Source: Octopus sinensis (lineage: Eukaryota). From it: DNA of 64,000 nucleotides. The notes under the pieces are model-generated. The model worked only from the letters and a program-made list of their open reading frames with translations, was not told where the DNA came from and did no database searches. Location of the stretch: contig NC_043009.1 in assembly GCF_006345805.1 (NCBI RefSeq), positions 62,062,001 through 62,126,000 on the forward strand, given 5' to 3'. Shown here piece after piece: positions 1 to 13,417 of the stretch; position 1 is the first letter of the stretch; each line of letters begins with the position of its first letter. Both the position numbers and the translations under genes were made by a program.

Positions 1-80
1 AGTGAGAGAGAGACAGTTCTGTTTATCACCTAACCGGGGGATCGTCTCTGAAATTTGGCCAGCATGAGGCAATGAACCAT
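1..80 (-). CDS. NUP153: Nup153 exon 4, partial (DGSLPHAGQISETIPRL...)
   Basis: aattttgtttcag acceptor at 82-81; phase 1 matches exon 3; frame open to the window edge, exon end uncertain. Confidence 0.65.
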
Positions 81-328
81 CTGAAACAAAATTACATTAA
101 TTAGCAATTTCAGTAAGTTGCAGTGGTGGAAGGAGAATAACAGTTATAGCGATTAAAAACTGAGAACACAAAACCTCTTTGATAATTATGCCAATAGAAG
201 TACATATCACATATACATACGTTAGATCTCAAGGACTACACAAGTTCCAGGAAATTAACTGACATATTAATGAATGATCAATAGATAAATAAGCAAGCCA
301 TGATCAACTTAAAGACAAGCACACATAT

Positions 329-364
<36 letters not shown>

Positions 365-586
365 AGGATTAGAGATTGTGTGTGTGTGTGTGTGTGTGTG
401 TTTAAGATGTGTAATTAAATTGCGCCCAAGCCACATAAAAGTATCCATACCAGTGCCACATTCAAAGCACCTAGTACACTCTGTAAAGTGGTTGGCATTA
501 AGAAGCAAATTCAAGCACAAAAACCATGCCAAAAAAAAAATGAATGGAACCCAGCCAACACCCCTGCTGGCAGCTCCTGTCAAATC

Positions 587-796
587 TGTTTCTTTATTGC
601 CCACAAGGGGCTAAACAAGGACAGACAAATGGATTAAGTCGATTACATCGATCCCAGTGCGTAACTGGTACTTAATTTATCGACCCCGAAAGGATGAAAG
701 GCAAAGTCGACCTCGGCGGAATATGAACTCAGAACGTAACGACAGACTCAATACCGCTAAGCATTTCGCCCGGTGTGCTAACGTTTCTGCCAGCTC
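587..796 (-). mobile_element. SINE family A (tRNA-like head plus GAGGTCGACTTTGCCTTTCATCCTTTCGGGGTCGATAAATTAAGTACC core)
   Basis: Near-identical to copies at 41849-42078, 54673-54906, 56731-56961 and 58568-58738. The core resembles the Meta/Sauria-type SINE domain as recalled. Confidence 0.8.
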
Positions 797-861
797 CTGT
801 CAAACCATTCAACCTATCCTAGCATGGAGACCAGATGATGATGAACTATGCTTGTCCTTAC

Positions 862-1060
862 CATGATTTGAGGTAGAATATCTCGGTCCTGGCGGATACT
901 GCATCTCATGATTACCCGGCATATGATCAGCTGCATAGCCTGTCATTGCTGACCTTCTAGAAACTGCTTTCACCTGTTGATGATAGTTGGTATATTCAGG
1001 GTGCAACGGCCGTGGTTGAGCTGGACGCCGGTCACCAACAACTGGGCTTTCATGAGGTGA
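862..1060 (-). CDS. NUP153: Nup153 exon 3 (SPHESPVVGDRRPAQPRP...YSTSNH)
   Basis: ttttttgttgcag acceptor, open frame in phase 0, CATG|GTAAGG donor in phase 1. Confidence 0.78.
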
Positions 1061-1357
1061 CTGCAACAAAAAACAAAGTCATCGATGTAAAATATAGCAA
1101 CAGCTGTGTTTGGAGGGCAGTAATGGGAAGATCTTGCACTATTTATAAACAGGTCTAATTTTTCACAGTTTTCGTCAATTTGCTCAAACTGGTGTGAGCC
1201 TGTTTTGACGCATTAATCTTAATTGGAGAACCTCCAAGTAACATAGGAAACCACATTTAGTTGAGCTTTTAATCATTTTGATGAATGCATCAAGCAATTT
1301 TAAATACTTGAAAGTTAATGAAAAGTGTGAATCAAGTAACGAAGGCAGAATACATAC

Positions 1358-1522
1358 AGAATAATTGTTGTCATCACTGTCTTTAATTTCATTTCCATTT
1401 TGATCTTCTTCGTCAATCACAGTATTTTGAGAATTCTCTGTGGGGTTGTTCTTCATGAAATCGGACAGCCATGATGGAACAAAAATATCTTTTACGGTGT
1501 CAGTGAATTTTGTAAACAATGA
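1358..1522 (-). CDS. NUP153: Nup153 exon 2 (SLFTKFTDTVKDIFVPSWLSDFMKNN...DDNNYS)
   Basis: Polypyrimidine tract plus TAG acceptor at 1524-1523; phase 0 joins exon 1; TCT|GTATGT donor. Resembles human GILSRVTESVKNIVPGWLQRYF. Confidence 0.88.
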
Positions 1523-4500
1523 CTACAAAGAGGGAAAAAGGAAACCAAAAAAATTTTTTTAATTAATCATATTCTTGTATTACATTATCAGATCAATTAG
1601 ATAAACATGTTGCATGAAGTAGATCTACATGAAGTGTAATAGCTAAGTGACCGCGATGGTTAAAGGCTCATCAATCGTGATGAGAAATTGTATCCACAGT
1701 AAAGACATCTGTTGATAAACTCATCTTTTCAACTGTAAATGGTACAATAGTGAGGTAGAGATCACCATGCTAAGAGAATTGGTCCAGTTAACTAATGGTG
1801 TAAGATGTTAGAAATGTTTTGAAATGGTTAACAGACCCTCTGAGGTTCTACTTCTATGTCTGACTGCAGAAATGTCAAATGCTCACCTGGAGGACAGTGA
1901 ACTCAGTCTTGAGAAAACAGAAAAATGTGTTAACAATATTTAAATGATGAGTGTTTGTCAAGCACTACTACTACAGTAAACTTCAGCTTGTAAGTTCTTC
2001 CAAAACAGTAATGTGAAGAAAGGGAACAAAATTTAGTTGTTTGGCCCAGACCAATGTTGGTCATGAAGACCGCTCATTTTTTTTTCAGATGTACAATTTT
2101 TTAAACTAAGACATTATTCAACATGTCATTCCTTGACCCTTTAATATTTAAACTGGACATATCCAGCCAAAATATTCCACATTTTATTTCCAAACTGGCC
2201 AGATCTAGTTTCTCACTACCCTACAATGTCATTCCCCAAAAATTAACAGTTACTGCATCAAAATCTCAACCCATTAGATAATGCAGGATTAATTCAAAAC
2301 AATGGGAATAAACAGGCATTACATTTGAAAGAGTATTCTGAATGCTACAGGATTAAACTGACGATATCTGATTTCATCCACCTACCCTATTATGTCACTC
2401 TAAAAATAAACTATGAACTTTTCAAAATATTGAGGTTACATGATAATGCATAATTAAATTCAAAACAATGTTGGTAAATAAGCATTACATTTGGCAGAGT
2501 AATCTGAATGTCGAAGGGTAGACTATGATTTGAGACATTTGGTCAGTATTTTTAGCAAGATCAGTGACCATGTAAAAATTCCCTTACTGACTTGTCAAAA
2601 TGCAGTTTTTGATCAGCAAGTAGGCGAAGTTGAAATTAATTACATTTTAATGACACAAGATGGTTTAAATAAATGTTAATGGTTTATTTTAGTGTCAATT
2701 TTTAAGAAGCTGGCAGTTATAATTTGGTGAAAATAATTTGGAAGCGTTAAATATTTTAATTAGGCAAATATTAATATCTCTAGATTGCTAGCAAAGTTAA
2801 AATACTATCATTAACTATTTATTCAAAACCCTCTCAGCCCAGTAGAAAATGTGGCACCACAGCAGTTTCGATGAAAAAAATGGCTGAATTTGCAGGACAA
2901 GCCAACCCATAACTGTTTGGTTAAGCATGAAGCAGCAGCAAGTAACAGTGTTAAGGATCCAAGTTGTCATGGAAATGGCTTCCAACCTTTACCAAAGTAA
3001 CCATCTACTAAAGATTATCAAAAGACACTAAATATTACAGATCAGATAAAAACCACAGAATGTAAATCAGATAAGTGCCATTTTATAGAACAACAGAATA
3101 GACATCAGATGAGTGCTATTAGAGAATGCAGGCCAAGTCAGGTATCATGAAATGTAAGCCAGGGTGAATGAATTCCACCCTGGAACATAGGTCAGGTTAG
3201 ATGAGGCAGGTATCACCATGATATGCATGACAGGTTGTTAGCAACAATAATTATGTGTGATCAAAACCAAGAATAAAGAGAGAGATCAGAATCAATAAGC
3301 CATTTAGGAAAAAGAGAGGCAATAACAACCTACCATACAAACATTTTAACAAAGTGCAGCATATTCTAAAATATCCATACATAGCCATGGGTTAATAAAA
3401 TTTTACATTATTTTTACATTCATTGCCATACATTGGCCCCACATCATTTGACTGTATATTTCAGTGACATCCACATCTGATGAACACGAAATGATGTCAC
3501 CTAGATCCAGCAATGCATTAGTCCAAACTCCTTGATGGAACCTTTGATGACAAAAAAACACTTAATCTAATGAGAAACTCACTTTGACATGCAATCTAGT
3601 TAAATACTATAAAAAATTCAAAACAAGTAACTAAAGACAAATAAAGAAAATAACAACAACAGTATGGTTGAAACTATGATCCTTTGGTGATTAGATCCAT
3701 ATTATCTAATCAGCAATAGACTAAATATTCATTCTTGCATAGAATCTGTGGTGCTGTTACTCATTTATTGATGCCCTAATGGAGCTTGAGGAGTGAACAG
3801 AATTTAAAGAAAAAGAAACTCAAAGTAGAAATATTATTTCTAAGTCTCTCTAAAGGAGACTATGGCAGCGGTACTGGAAATTAATAGTTATCGCCAAGCT
3901 AATATGGCAGTCCAGAAATATAGGACGAATGCTGCCGTTGATTAGCTCCAAGAGGCCATCGCCTCTAGCTAGCAATGTGACACACGAACCTGTGTCCATT
4001 ATAACCTTTGAACAAGGGAGGTCAGCCACTTCCCCTTACTGGTCAGGCATCTGCAGACTAGTTTAAGGGTATTTGCCCCTTATCAATGCACAGTAGCTGA
4101 ACCTAGCAGGTGTCACTACTGACCAGCTGTTCAAAGGAAACTTAGTCTTTCTTACAAAGAAGACAGAGGGACAATTATATCTTGCAAACTCCTCCCACTT
4201 TGGGTAAGCTTGTACAGAGCTGTTACGGGGCAATGTAGTCAAATAATGAGATTCAAATAGCACACCTTGTGTATACAGGTATGGTTATGTGATTAAGAAG
4301 CTCCCTTTGCAACTGTGTGGTCCTGGGTTCAATTCCATTTTGTGGCTCCTTGCACACTATCTTCTACCATAGTCCCAAATTGACCCAGACCATGTAAATG
4401 AAAGTGGGTAGACAGAAACCACATGGAAGTCTATCAGTGCCCAGATCAACACAACTACTTGGCCCCATGGTCTCTTTAGAGGAGACTACTCTGTTGCAAG

Positions 4501-7303
4501 CATTCAGACCAACTCTTTTGAAAAACAAGGACTACAGCTCCTCTGACAAACCCATAGCCCCTTTGAAATTATTCTAGACGGGTTGAACCAGAAAAGTTTT
4601 TAATTGTTCAGTGATACAGGTTTTGCTTTACTAAAACCAAAAATCAATGAAGGACAGTGTCATGAAGGTTCAGTTCTTCAAAGACCTTGAGAGCCATCTC
4701 GTTGTCATTGATAACGATCAGCTTTAAACCAATAACATGAATTACACAAGCCACAAGAGATAGTTGAAACCAGAAAAATATTTGACAAAAGAATTTGAAG
4801 ATGGGCAAACCTCAACCTGAGCAATTTTTTTTCAAAAGAACTACTGTACACTACGTCAGGCTCAAGGTTTGTAATACATCTGGACAAAATACAAGACGAG
4901 ATGTTAAAAGCGTGACAAAAAAAAAACTACTGCTGAACACGGCAGAACTGACCAAGACCTCGGACAACATGACGATACATTTAATATATCCCCCACCATC
5001 ACCAAAGAACGTTGGCTGATGTTATTTCTATGTAAACTGTGTAATTTCGTACACACACACAATAGCTTCGGCAGTTTGAAATAATATTGAATTCTGTCTT
5101 TAAGAGTTAATCTTTTGAGACAAGGTCAAACAGGATGGGAGGTAAATCTTGCGGAAACAAAGAACCGACAGCTTTTTTCCATTTTATTAGAATTTAGTTT
5201 TTGCCATATCACAGATGACAACGTTTAGTAATTTTTTTTTAAAAAACCATATGCAACTGCATAAGGAAAATATCTTCTTTTTTTTTAAAGGAAATTTTTT
5301 TCTTTTAAATTGCGAATGCGAGGAATCAACCTCATCGATCATGTTCTCCGTGTGATAGTTTAATTATCAACTCTCTTAAAACGACAATCTATTTAATTTA
5401 AAGTTGCCGTTAAGTCAATGAATGCTCCAGCATGGCAAAAACACAGACTGATATAACGACACTAAAAGAAATAGGTTCAAACCAGATGCTGACCTGAATA
5501 TACATAATTATTTACAAGAACATGATAACAGAACAATATCTTTAATGAGGTCAACTTAATATAAATTTAGAAATCACAGCTTTTTCATTAGCCACAAACA
5601 ATGAACTAATATTATAAAACACAACACACACGAAGACATATCCGTTTCAGGAAAAACAATCAAATTCGTAGCAAAAAAAATAATAATAATAATAAACCCC
5701 ATGGTAAATAAATGATCACGTTCCGTGAGGTTTTATGTTTCTAGAAACATTGTCTTCTAAAATCAGATACGATCTCAAATTATTTTTCTTGAGGTGTGTC
5801 ATAAACCAAGAAACATTTTAACAAGTGGTTGATACATAGCAATATAGTTAGTAATAAAATGATTTTAAACTTTGCTTCTTCAAGGCCACATATTCTGAGG
5901 AGGTAGATGACAGTTGGTGGTGACATCGCCTCCCAATACTGCACAAGTATTTACTTTATCGATCTCGAACAGTGGCAAAGTTAAACCAGACGGGACAGAA
6001 ACTAATGCTGTAGAGAGACGTGGATATCACATGGGATTATAACTAAAGCATGGCAGAAAAAAGGAAATACTTGAAGTTATAGGTGTGGAACAAAGTTATT
6101 CATTTGTCCTCACCATATTTTTACGTTAAACACGAAACTCCAAAGATGTTATGACGTTTACACACTATTACTTATTGCTCAAATGAGTCTTAAAGTGGAT
6201 GTATAATTAATTGAACAGATCCTATTGTATCATGCGGAATCTGTTATGTAATATATCTTCTTTTTTTCCATATTTAATAAAAGAATGCTTTCGATGACTG
6301 AGATCAAGTGTAGTAGGACCCAGAAACAAAGCATTCAACTACTTTATTGTACATCTTTAGGAATGCTATATTACCCTATAGAGACGGTGTGGGGAATTTA
6401 ATGTTGCTAAACCATGCTTTCTTTTTATCGAGAATAGTGATTTAAAATGAACCAGTACCAATCGGGAATCGAAACCAGAACACGGATTACCGCCATACAG
6501 ATTGTGATTAAAAAGCTCCTTACTCTTCAGATGGATGTCTATCTAGAGCAATAAGAAAAAATGTGTTTGAACACTTTTCATGTTCAGTTCGAATATTTAG
6601 AATAAAGATTAATTAAATGGTAAAATTAATTCTTAATTTTTTTTCTGAAATCTAAAAAAAAAAAATAGATATTTGAATGATTCTTTGTACAAGAAGATGT
6701 GTCTGGTTTGAAAGAAAATATCAAGACAGATCTTCCTTACATATAAATGAGAATATGTGATGTTTATGCCCGTTTTTTTTTAAAGATGTAATGAACAGCA
6801 TTAAAAGCGAAATGGCTTTAACCGGGGAATCGAAACCGGGTGGTTGGGGCGGGACTGGTCTCGCCGGAAGCGAACATCTTTACATGAGAACCAGCTTAAG
6901 TCAAGGATGAATGAAACCACACACAATACATACATATATATATATATACAAATACGTAAATATGCAAACACGTATATATATATTATATACATATAACCAT
7001 AGGTAATATATACAGAAAGGTAAAAAGACAGACATATATAACCATATATACACACTCTACATATTTCATAACGCTTTATATTATGTAACCGAGCTGTTTC
7101 TTCTTCTTCGATATCGTTACTTTCCTGTACTTTATGAATAAATATAACGTTGGTATGTGTTCGTTGTTTCGTTCTACCAGCAGCTAATTCGATATTGAGG
7201 TATTTTATGAGTAGAAAAGAGGACAAAACGAAGAAGACAGTTGGTCGGGGTAAAACGCGTGGTAAGAACAAAATGACCAGAAGACAAACAAGGATGGACT
7301 TAC

Positions 7304-7381
7304 CTTTCGCCTATCATATGGTTTGGACGACGTATAGGATCGCTTAGATCGAATTTTGCCTCCAATATCTCTGTTGGCCAT
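7304..7381 (-). CDS. NUP153: Nucleoporin Nup153, coding exon 1 (MANRDIGGKIRSKRSYTSSKPYDRRK)
   Basis: ATG at 7381-7379, 26 codons, then a consensus AAG|GTAAGT donor. The GGKIR..KPY motif matches the Nup153 N-terminus (human GGKIRTRRCHQGPIKPY, recalled). Confidence 0.88.
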
Positions 7382-7485
7382 TTAAAAACAATCATTAACT
7401 ATTACTAATCAGGAAAAACTAAGGTAAATAGGACATAAAAGCTCGCAGGAATGGAACAGTGTCACTCCACGCTTTCAACTCACTA

Positions 7486-7495
7486 AATATGGCGG
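7486..7495 (-). promoter_or_regulatory. YY1-type motif (CCGCCATATT) in the NUP153 promoter/5' region
   Basis: Matches the CCGCCATNTT consensus ~105 nt upstream of the ATG. An ATTGG (CCAAT) box and a TCATGTGA E-box lie at ~7513-7540. Confidence 0.5.
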
Positions 7496-8172
7496 TAATA
7501 CAAACTAAATTCCCATTGGTCAATTTGCTAATCATGTGACACATTCCAGCTCGCGGTCATCTCCCCTTTCACAAGAAGAAGAAAGTCAAGGCTGCTGTCT
7601 CAGCTGTCTCATCTTCATTGCTTCTCTTAATTTCCCTCCAGTTTTTTTTTTCCTTTTTCTCTCTGTTTTCTGTTTCTCCATCATGCATTTAGAAATTGAT
7701 GCATTTATTGGTAAACTTTCTCTTAAGTTCCTACTACGCCGTTGTTAGAACAATTCCCCATTTTTTTGAACAAATGTGCATGCTATATATATATATATAT
7801 ATATATCCCAAGTTAATTTATTTATTCCTATGAAGAAAAAAAAATTTCATATGGAATTTTGATGTGTCTCAGGACAACGACCTGATCTACCCAAGAAATG
7901 ACTCTTGTCTAACCATGGGCTTAATTTCACAGCGAGATTGAATGTATCTTTATTAAACGTACGACAATGCTCTTTTATGTACATATTTTAATTCATAACC
8001 CACGCTGTTTAGGTATAATAATATATGTATGCGTACCTATTTCCAGCGCAGAGCATTTGCCGTATCTTAAATATTGACATAAGCTTCTTTTGTTTTTTCC
8101 TTTCAATACAATGGTCTATGTTTAATTACATTTTTGGTAAGTTTTAACTATTACACTTGTATATATATATAT

Positions 8173-8309
8173 ACACTAGGTGATCTTAGCTTTAGGCGCA
8201 ATATACTCATATAGTGAGTTCTATTTCTCCTTTTCTACTAAATATACATATGTGTGTAAGGATATATGCATATACGGATGTTTGTGTAAATAGAATACAC
8301 TACCCACGC

Positions 8310-8341
<32 letters not shown>

Positions 8342-8824
8342 AAAGAAGCATCCAATTAACGAAAATCCGTTTTGGTATGAATACTTAGGTATGCTTTTCA
8401 TCAAATAGCATTTCAACAAAAGGTCTGTCAACCATCTCACCTCTCCACGTACACGCGTGTGTATGTACAAATATATATATGTACGCTAGTGTGTATTGCA
8501 CACGTGTGTGTATATATGTGTATATAATTTTTAATCGGTAAAATTTATAAAAGTGACGTAAAGAGCCGAAAGTTTCATACATGGCATTTATCAAGTTTGG
8601 TAAAGTGTCATACACGAAACTCGGTTTTTAGTCATTTTTTAATACTAACGTGTATATATATATATAATATATATATATATACACTAGGTGATCTTTAGCT
8701 TTAGGCGCAATATACTCATATAGTGAGTTCTATTTCTCCTTTTCTACTAAATATACATATATGTGTGTAAGGATATATGCATATACGGATGTTTGTGTAA
8801 ATAGAATACACTACCCACGCATAT
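8173..8824. repeat. ~140-bp direct repeat pair (8173-8313 and 8681-8824)
   Basis: ACACTAGGTGATC...CTACCCACGCATAT occurs twice, nearly identical, each copy preceded by (TA)n. Confidence 0.9.
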
Positions 8825-9134
8825 TTCTTTTAGACAAAGGGAATTTGATTTATTGTGGAAATTTGAAGGTTCACTGCTTCACAAGGATCTGAGTCTGAGA
8901 TGAAATTCCTGGTCGCTATAAGACATCGAACATTCCAGTTCATCATCACACCCCTACCATCATCATCATCATAATTTAACGTCTATTTTTCAAACTGGCA
9001 TGGGTTGGAGTGTTTGAGAGGTACTAGTGAGCTAAAGGCTGTATCGTTCGCCATACCAACTTTAGCAGTGTGTAGCGGGTGCTTTGTGTGTGTCACGGGT
9101 TTGCGGTTCGCAAGTAATTTGCAAAGCAAGAAAG

Positions 9135-10205
9135 AACAAGAGAAGGCCAAACTGCCTATTGGATCGGTGGCTTTGGTCTCCGTTCTGCAGTGAACATAGC
9201 TCTGCCGGCATACCTGTCTTCGGTCTCCTCCAGACGCAGTCTCATTTGCGAGATACTCCATGGGATGGCCGAACCAGATGTGGCCCAGGAACTAGAGTCA
9301 GCTCTAGCTAATTGGATTGCTGATGGGCTTGCTTTTCCCCAGAATACGCTGTCTACCGCAACTGGGGTGACATCAGATGCAAGTCCATGTTCGAGCGGCT
9401 AGAGATCACAAGACCAGCACCGCCTCGCAGGCAAATAGCGGCGTATGACTTAATTCGGTGCCTTCTTCATCCACTGGCACCCTTCTAGATGGTAAGTGCA
9501 TCCGTATCAGAGTGGCCCAATGCCTCGGACCCTGTGTGTGTAAGCCTCACACATGTCGCTGCGGAGCGGTAGTAGACGAATTCGGCCTGCAGCCTTAGCG
9601 CGGGCCGATTCTCCGGACACACCGCTCTGAAGGACATAATCAAGAGACTTGACGCGGTTAGCTTTCCGTCCGAACTTGAGCCAGCAGGACTCGACCACGG
9701 GAATGGTAGGCGTCTCGACGGAATGCCCCTCTTCTCATTCAAGGGAGGCAGATATCTAGTCTGCGATGCGACGTGCAGCGACACTCTCCGGCTCCAACCT
9801 TGCAGCATCGGCTGCAAACTCGGGTGACGCTGCCCGTAACGCGGAGGAAAGAAACATCAATCAATACTGGAGCCTGGCTAGCCGCTATCTGTTTGTGCAT
9901 GTCGCCGTCGAGATGTCAGATTCTCCAGGACCCCGAACTACCGATTCCCTTCGCAAAATAAGGATTACAGCGGTCCGTTGGAGAAATGAGTTCCGTGAAG
10001 TGGAATGACTACTTTAGCGTGTGTCACTAGCCATTCTCCACGCTCTTAACGGTGAGCTCACCATTCTCCACGCTCTTAACGGTGAGCTCACCATCTGAGG
10101 GATGTGACCCATCGCACCCTTCCCCGCCATCTGCTGATAACCTCCTACCTTTCTTCTTTTCTTTTCTCTTGTTTCGTTGTATTTAAATGTTATGAATAAA
10201 ATATT
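9135..10205 (+). mobile_element. 5'-truncated, decayed CRE-clade (restriction-like endonuclease) non-LTR retrotransposon
   Basis: Frameshifted translation gives CRCGAVVDEFGL, H(T)ALKDIIKR, FPSELEPAGLDHGNGRR(L)DG, LVCDATCSDTL, GDAARNAEE..Y..L..RYLF..VAVE: the CCHC finger plus PD-(D/E)xK endonuclease tail. AATAAA at ~10195; 30-bp tandem duplication at 10031-10090. Confidence 0.75.
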
Positions 10206-10431
10206 ACTCGCAGACGTAGTTTTGCCGCCAAAAATTTTGTTTCGGTCATTAGACTGTGGTTATGCTGGAGCACCACCTTGAAGAATCTTTCGTCGAACGA
10301 ATTGACCCAAAAGCGCGGTACTTATTCTATCGGTCTCTCTTTACCGAACCGCTCAGGCACGGAGACGTAAACTCACAAATACAAGTTGTGAAGCAGTTGT
10401 GGGTGACAAATACGGACAGAAACACACACAC

Positions 10432-10488
<57 letters not shown>

Positions 10489-11571
10489 ATGTGTATAATG
10501 GGCTTCTTTCAGTTTCCGTCTACCAGATCCACTTACAAGACTTTGGCCGGCCCGAGGCTATAGTAGGTAGAAGACACTTGCTCGAGGTGCTTCGCAGTGG
10601 GACTGAACCCGCAACCATAAGTATGCAAATACTCCAGTCACTATAACTAAACCAGTATCTCTATTCCTAACACTAACACACTTCCGCCAACACCACCAAC
10701 CCCGTTACAATCGTTCATCCTCAACGTGTGTGTGTGTGTGTATGAATATGCTCTAGCGTAGCTAGGGGTTGGTAGGGGTGGTCCTCCCCGGGCGACACTT
10801 TTCATCCTGTTGTAGGCAATACGTGTTTTTTGTGGGGTCTAGGGACGGCAAACGGAAGGGCCGTCCCGGGCGGAACAGAATTGTATATATAATAAAAAAG
10901 AAAAGGGAGAATTCTTTCATTTAATGAAAGAATTCTCCCTTTTCCTTTTTTTAAATTTTTATATACAATTACGCATCTTAAACTTCTGGCTATGTATGTA
11001 TGTGATTATAAATGCTTATATGCATATGGACGTGTATATATATGTACAGACAAGTTTGTATATTTTTTATATATGTGGTCGTGTATATATGTATGTATGC
11101 AAGTATATGTATGTGTATGCATATATGTGTGGTTCTATATGTGGGTATGCATGCAAGTATATGTATGTGTATGCATATATGTGTGGTTCTATATGTGGGT
11201 ATGCATGTGTATGTGTATATATGTGTGCGTACATATATATGTTCATGTGTGTGTGTGTACATGTATGTATGTGTGTGCATGTATATTTGTATATCTATGT
11301 GTGTGTGTGTATGTACACATTGATATGTGTTTAGGTTTATATATATGTATATCAAGCATTGAATGGTCAGCCACCTGTTCTTTTAGAAACCCAAGGGAGT
11401 GCCAAGTAAAGAATGGACACAATATTTTCTTTATATTTTTATATTTTATTTTTTCCCCCTTTCTTTCTCATTTCCAAGAACACACAGTACATGTATGTAT
11501 GGATGTTTATGAAAATGTACACACACAATAGGTTCCTCCATATGTGTGTATATATACATGTGAGTGTATGT

Positions 11572-11617
<46 letters not shown>

Positions 11618-11944
11618 TTATATGTAAGGATATATGTGTGGGTGTACATAGCAAAAAGACCCAGAAAAAGAAAAATATAGTTTTAAAACACACCCATATT
11701 CTCTGTTTCACCTTCTCCATCCCTATCCCCCCTCTCTCTCTCTCTTTCACCTTCTCCCTCCCTCTATTCCCCATTATACACACACACACACACACACACA
11801 CACTCTCTCCCAACTTTATTTACCAATAATATAAATACAGGCAAAACTGACATTTCTGAAAAGCGCTAATATAAAGAAATAATATGTGATATGTAAATGA
11901 ATATATATTTTTACAACCATCCAGCATTCTGAACACCTTCTTTC

Positions 11945-12023
<79 letters not shown>

Positions 12024-12180
12024 AAGTTAATCCAAACATGAAAACACAAAAAGAAAACACAACAACGCGAGGACTTGGAACAAGTATAGTGTTATTGGAC
12101 GATATATATAAACGTATATATGTCGCTGTGGCTGCTAGTCTGTGTGGTGATTACTCCAGAGTATTAAGCTACAGACCAAG

Positions 12181-12264
12181 CTATTTAAAATATTCTTTAA
12201 AAGGTGATATGTATCGATATTGAGAGTTGATTCCACAGAGATCAGTTGATGGAAAACCTGATTG
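12181..12264 (-). CDS. Candidate small-gene terminal coding exon (QSGFPSTDLCGINSQYRYISPFKEYFK*)
   Basis: Branch-like cttaat plus ctcacag acceptor; phase 0 continues the 13310 donor; TAG stop at 12183-12181. Confidence 0.45.
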   Translation of the reverse strand, partial: QSGFPSTDLCGINSQYRYISPFKEYFK

Positions 12265-13309
12265 CTGTGAGATTAAGGGTAATAAGTAGGTTATCTCCCT
12301 TCCACCATTTATAACTCAGAACAACTTTCGTTGAGTAATCGAGTCGGCATGTTTTTCCTTGTGAATTTTATGTGAGCTGGGTTAAGAATGACTAATTAGT
12401 ATTAATGGTAAATCCAGAACGTCTAGCTACTTATCTACACCGCGGGGGTCACAGCTCCGGTTCTACAGACATCTGGGCGAGAATAAAGAATACATACACC
12501 CGGTGTTTAGGGTTTAGAGTTAGGGTTTTTGTTAGGCCGAAAACGGGTGGTGTACGTATTCTTTGCCTCCGCCGACATCTGATTAGAATGCCGCTGGATA
12601 ATAATCGCACGATTCTTCAAGCCAAGTCAACAGGCAAAAGATTTAGGGATAGACCACGAGGGCTGGATTAATATCCATAGTTTTGGTTGGTTACATTCGG
12701 GAATTCAACAGGAAAGTGTAATGACGGTTGCTTCTGGTAGGAAGGACCCTATGGAAAGGTGCTCGAGGACTCTACCCTTACAACCTTCCCAGGAATCGTG
12801 AACAGAGAAAATGGATGGATGTGATATGCTAATAATATCCGTATACAATAATAAATGATTTTAGCATCCCGTAAGCGCTTCGTTTCCCACTATCAGATTA
12901 TGCTTGTGAGGGTATCTAGTTTTCTATTACCCCAGCCAAGCTATGAGTATTTTTGGATAGCCTCAAAGACTTTTAGAGGAAGTAATCCTTCATTTTACGT
13001 ATTCAAAACATTAAAAAAAAGATGGCAATAATCACCGTTAGATGATGACTAAAACCCAGTAATTAAATTAAAATGGAAGAATTTTTTTTCCCTTTCAAAT
13101 TGAAAAGTTTATTATGAATTTGTGCATAGAAGAAATAAATGGCTGAAACCTTTTAACACCTCAAGCGTCTGTGAGGAGCACGGCGGACTTAATTATAATT
13201 AAAAGTAATGATGTAATTGAAAGATATTCTGCACCATAACGTCTGATATTGAAAGTACAATTAATTTTCTTGCATCGTTGGGGTTTATTTAATTCAGAGG
13301 TTAGCTTAC

Positions 13310-13417
13310 CAATGCGTTTAGTGCATTGCCAGCCATGTTCAGATCAAAAAGCTCAGAAGTTAGGTATTGTGTATGCTGCAAATATTTCTGAAGCATCAGA
13401 CAAAATTCATATCTGTC
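13310..13417 (-). CDS. Candidate small-gene internal exon (DRYEFCLMLQKYLQHTQYLTSELFDLNMAGNALNAL)
   Basis: 108 nt open exon with a CAG acceptor (13419-13418) and TTG|GTAAGC donor. An in-frame ATG at 13462 is an alternative start. No recognised homologue. Confidence 0.45.

Noticed and set aside
6440-6880. tRNA-like B-box strings (GGTTTCGATTCCC) in NUP153 intron 1
   Set aside because: No cloverleaf or A box at the correct spacing; probably SINE debris. No genuine tRNA gene was found in the window.
7590-7745. Basic minus-strand reading MMEKQKTERKRKKK...
   Set aside because: No polypyrimidine acceptor; it is the complement of a CT-rich promoter-proximal tract.
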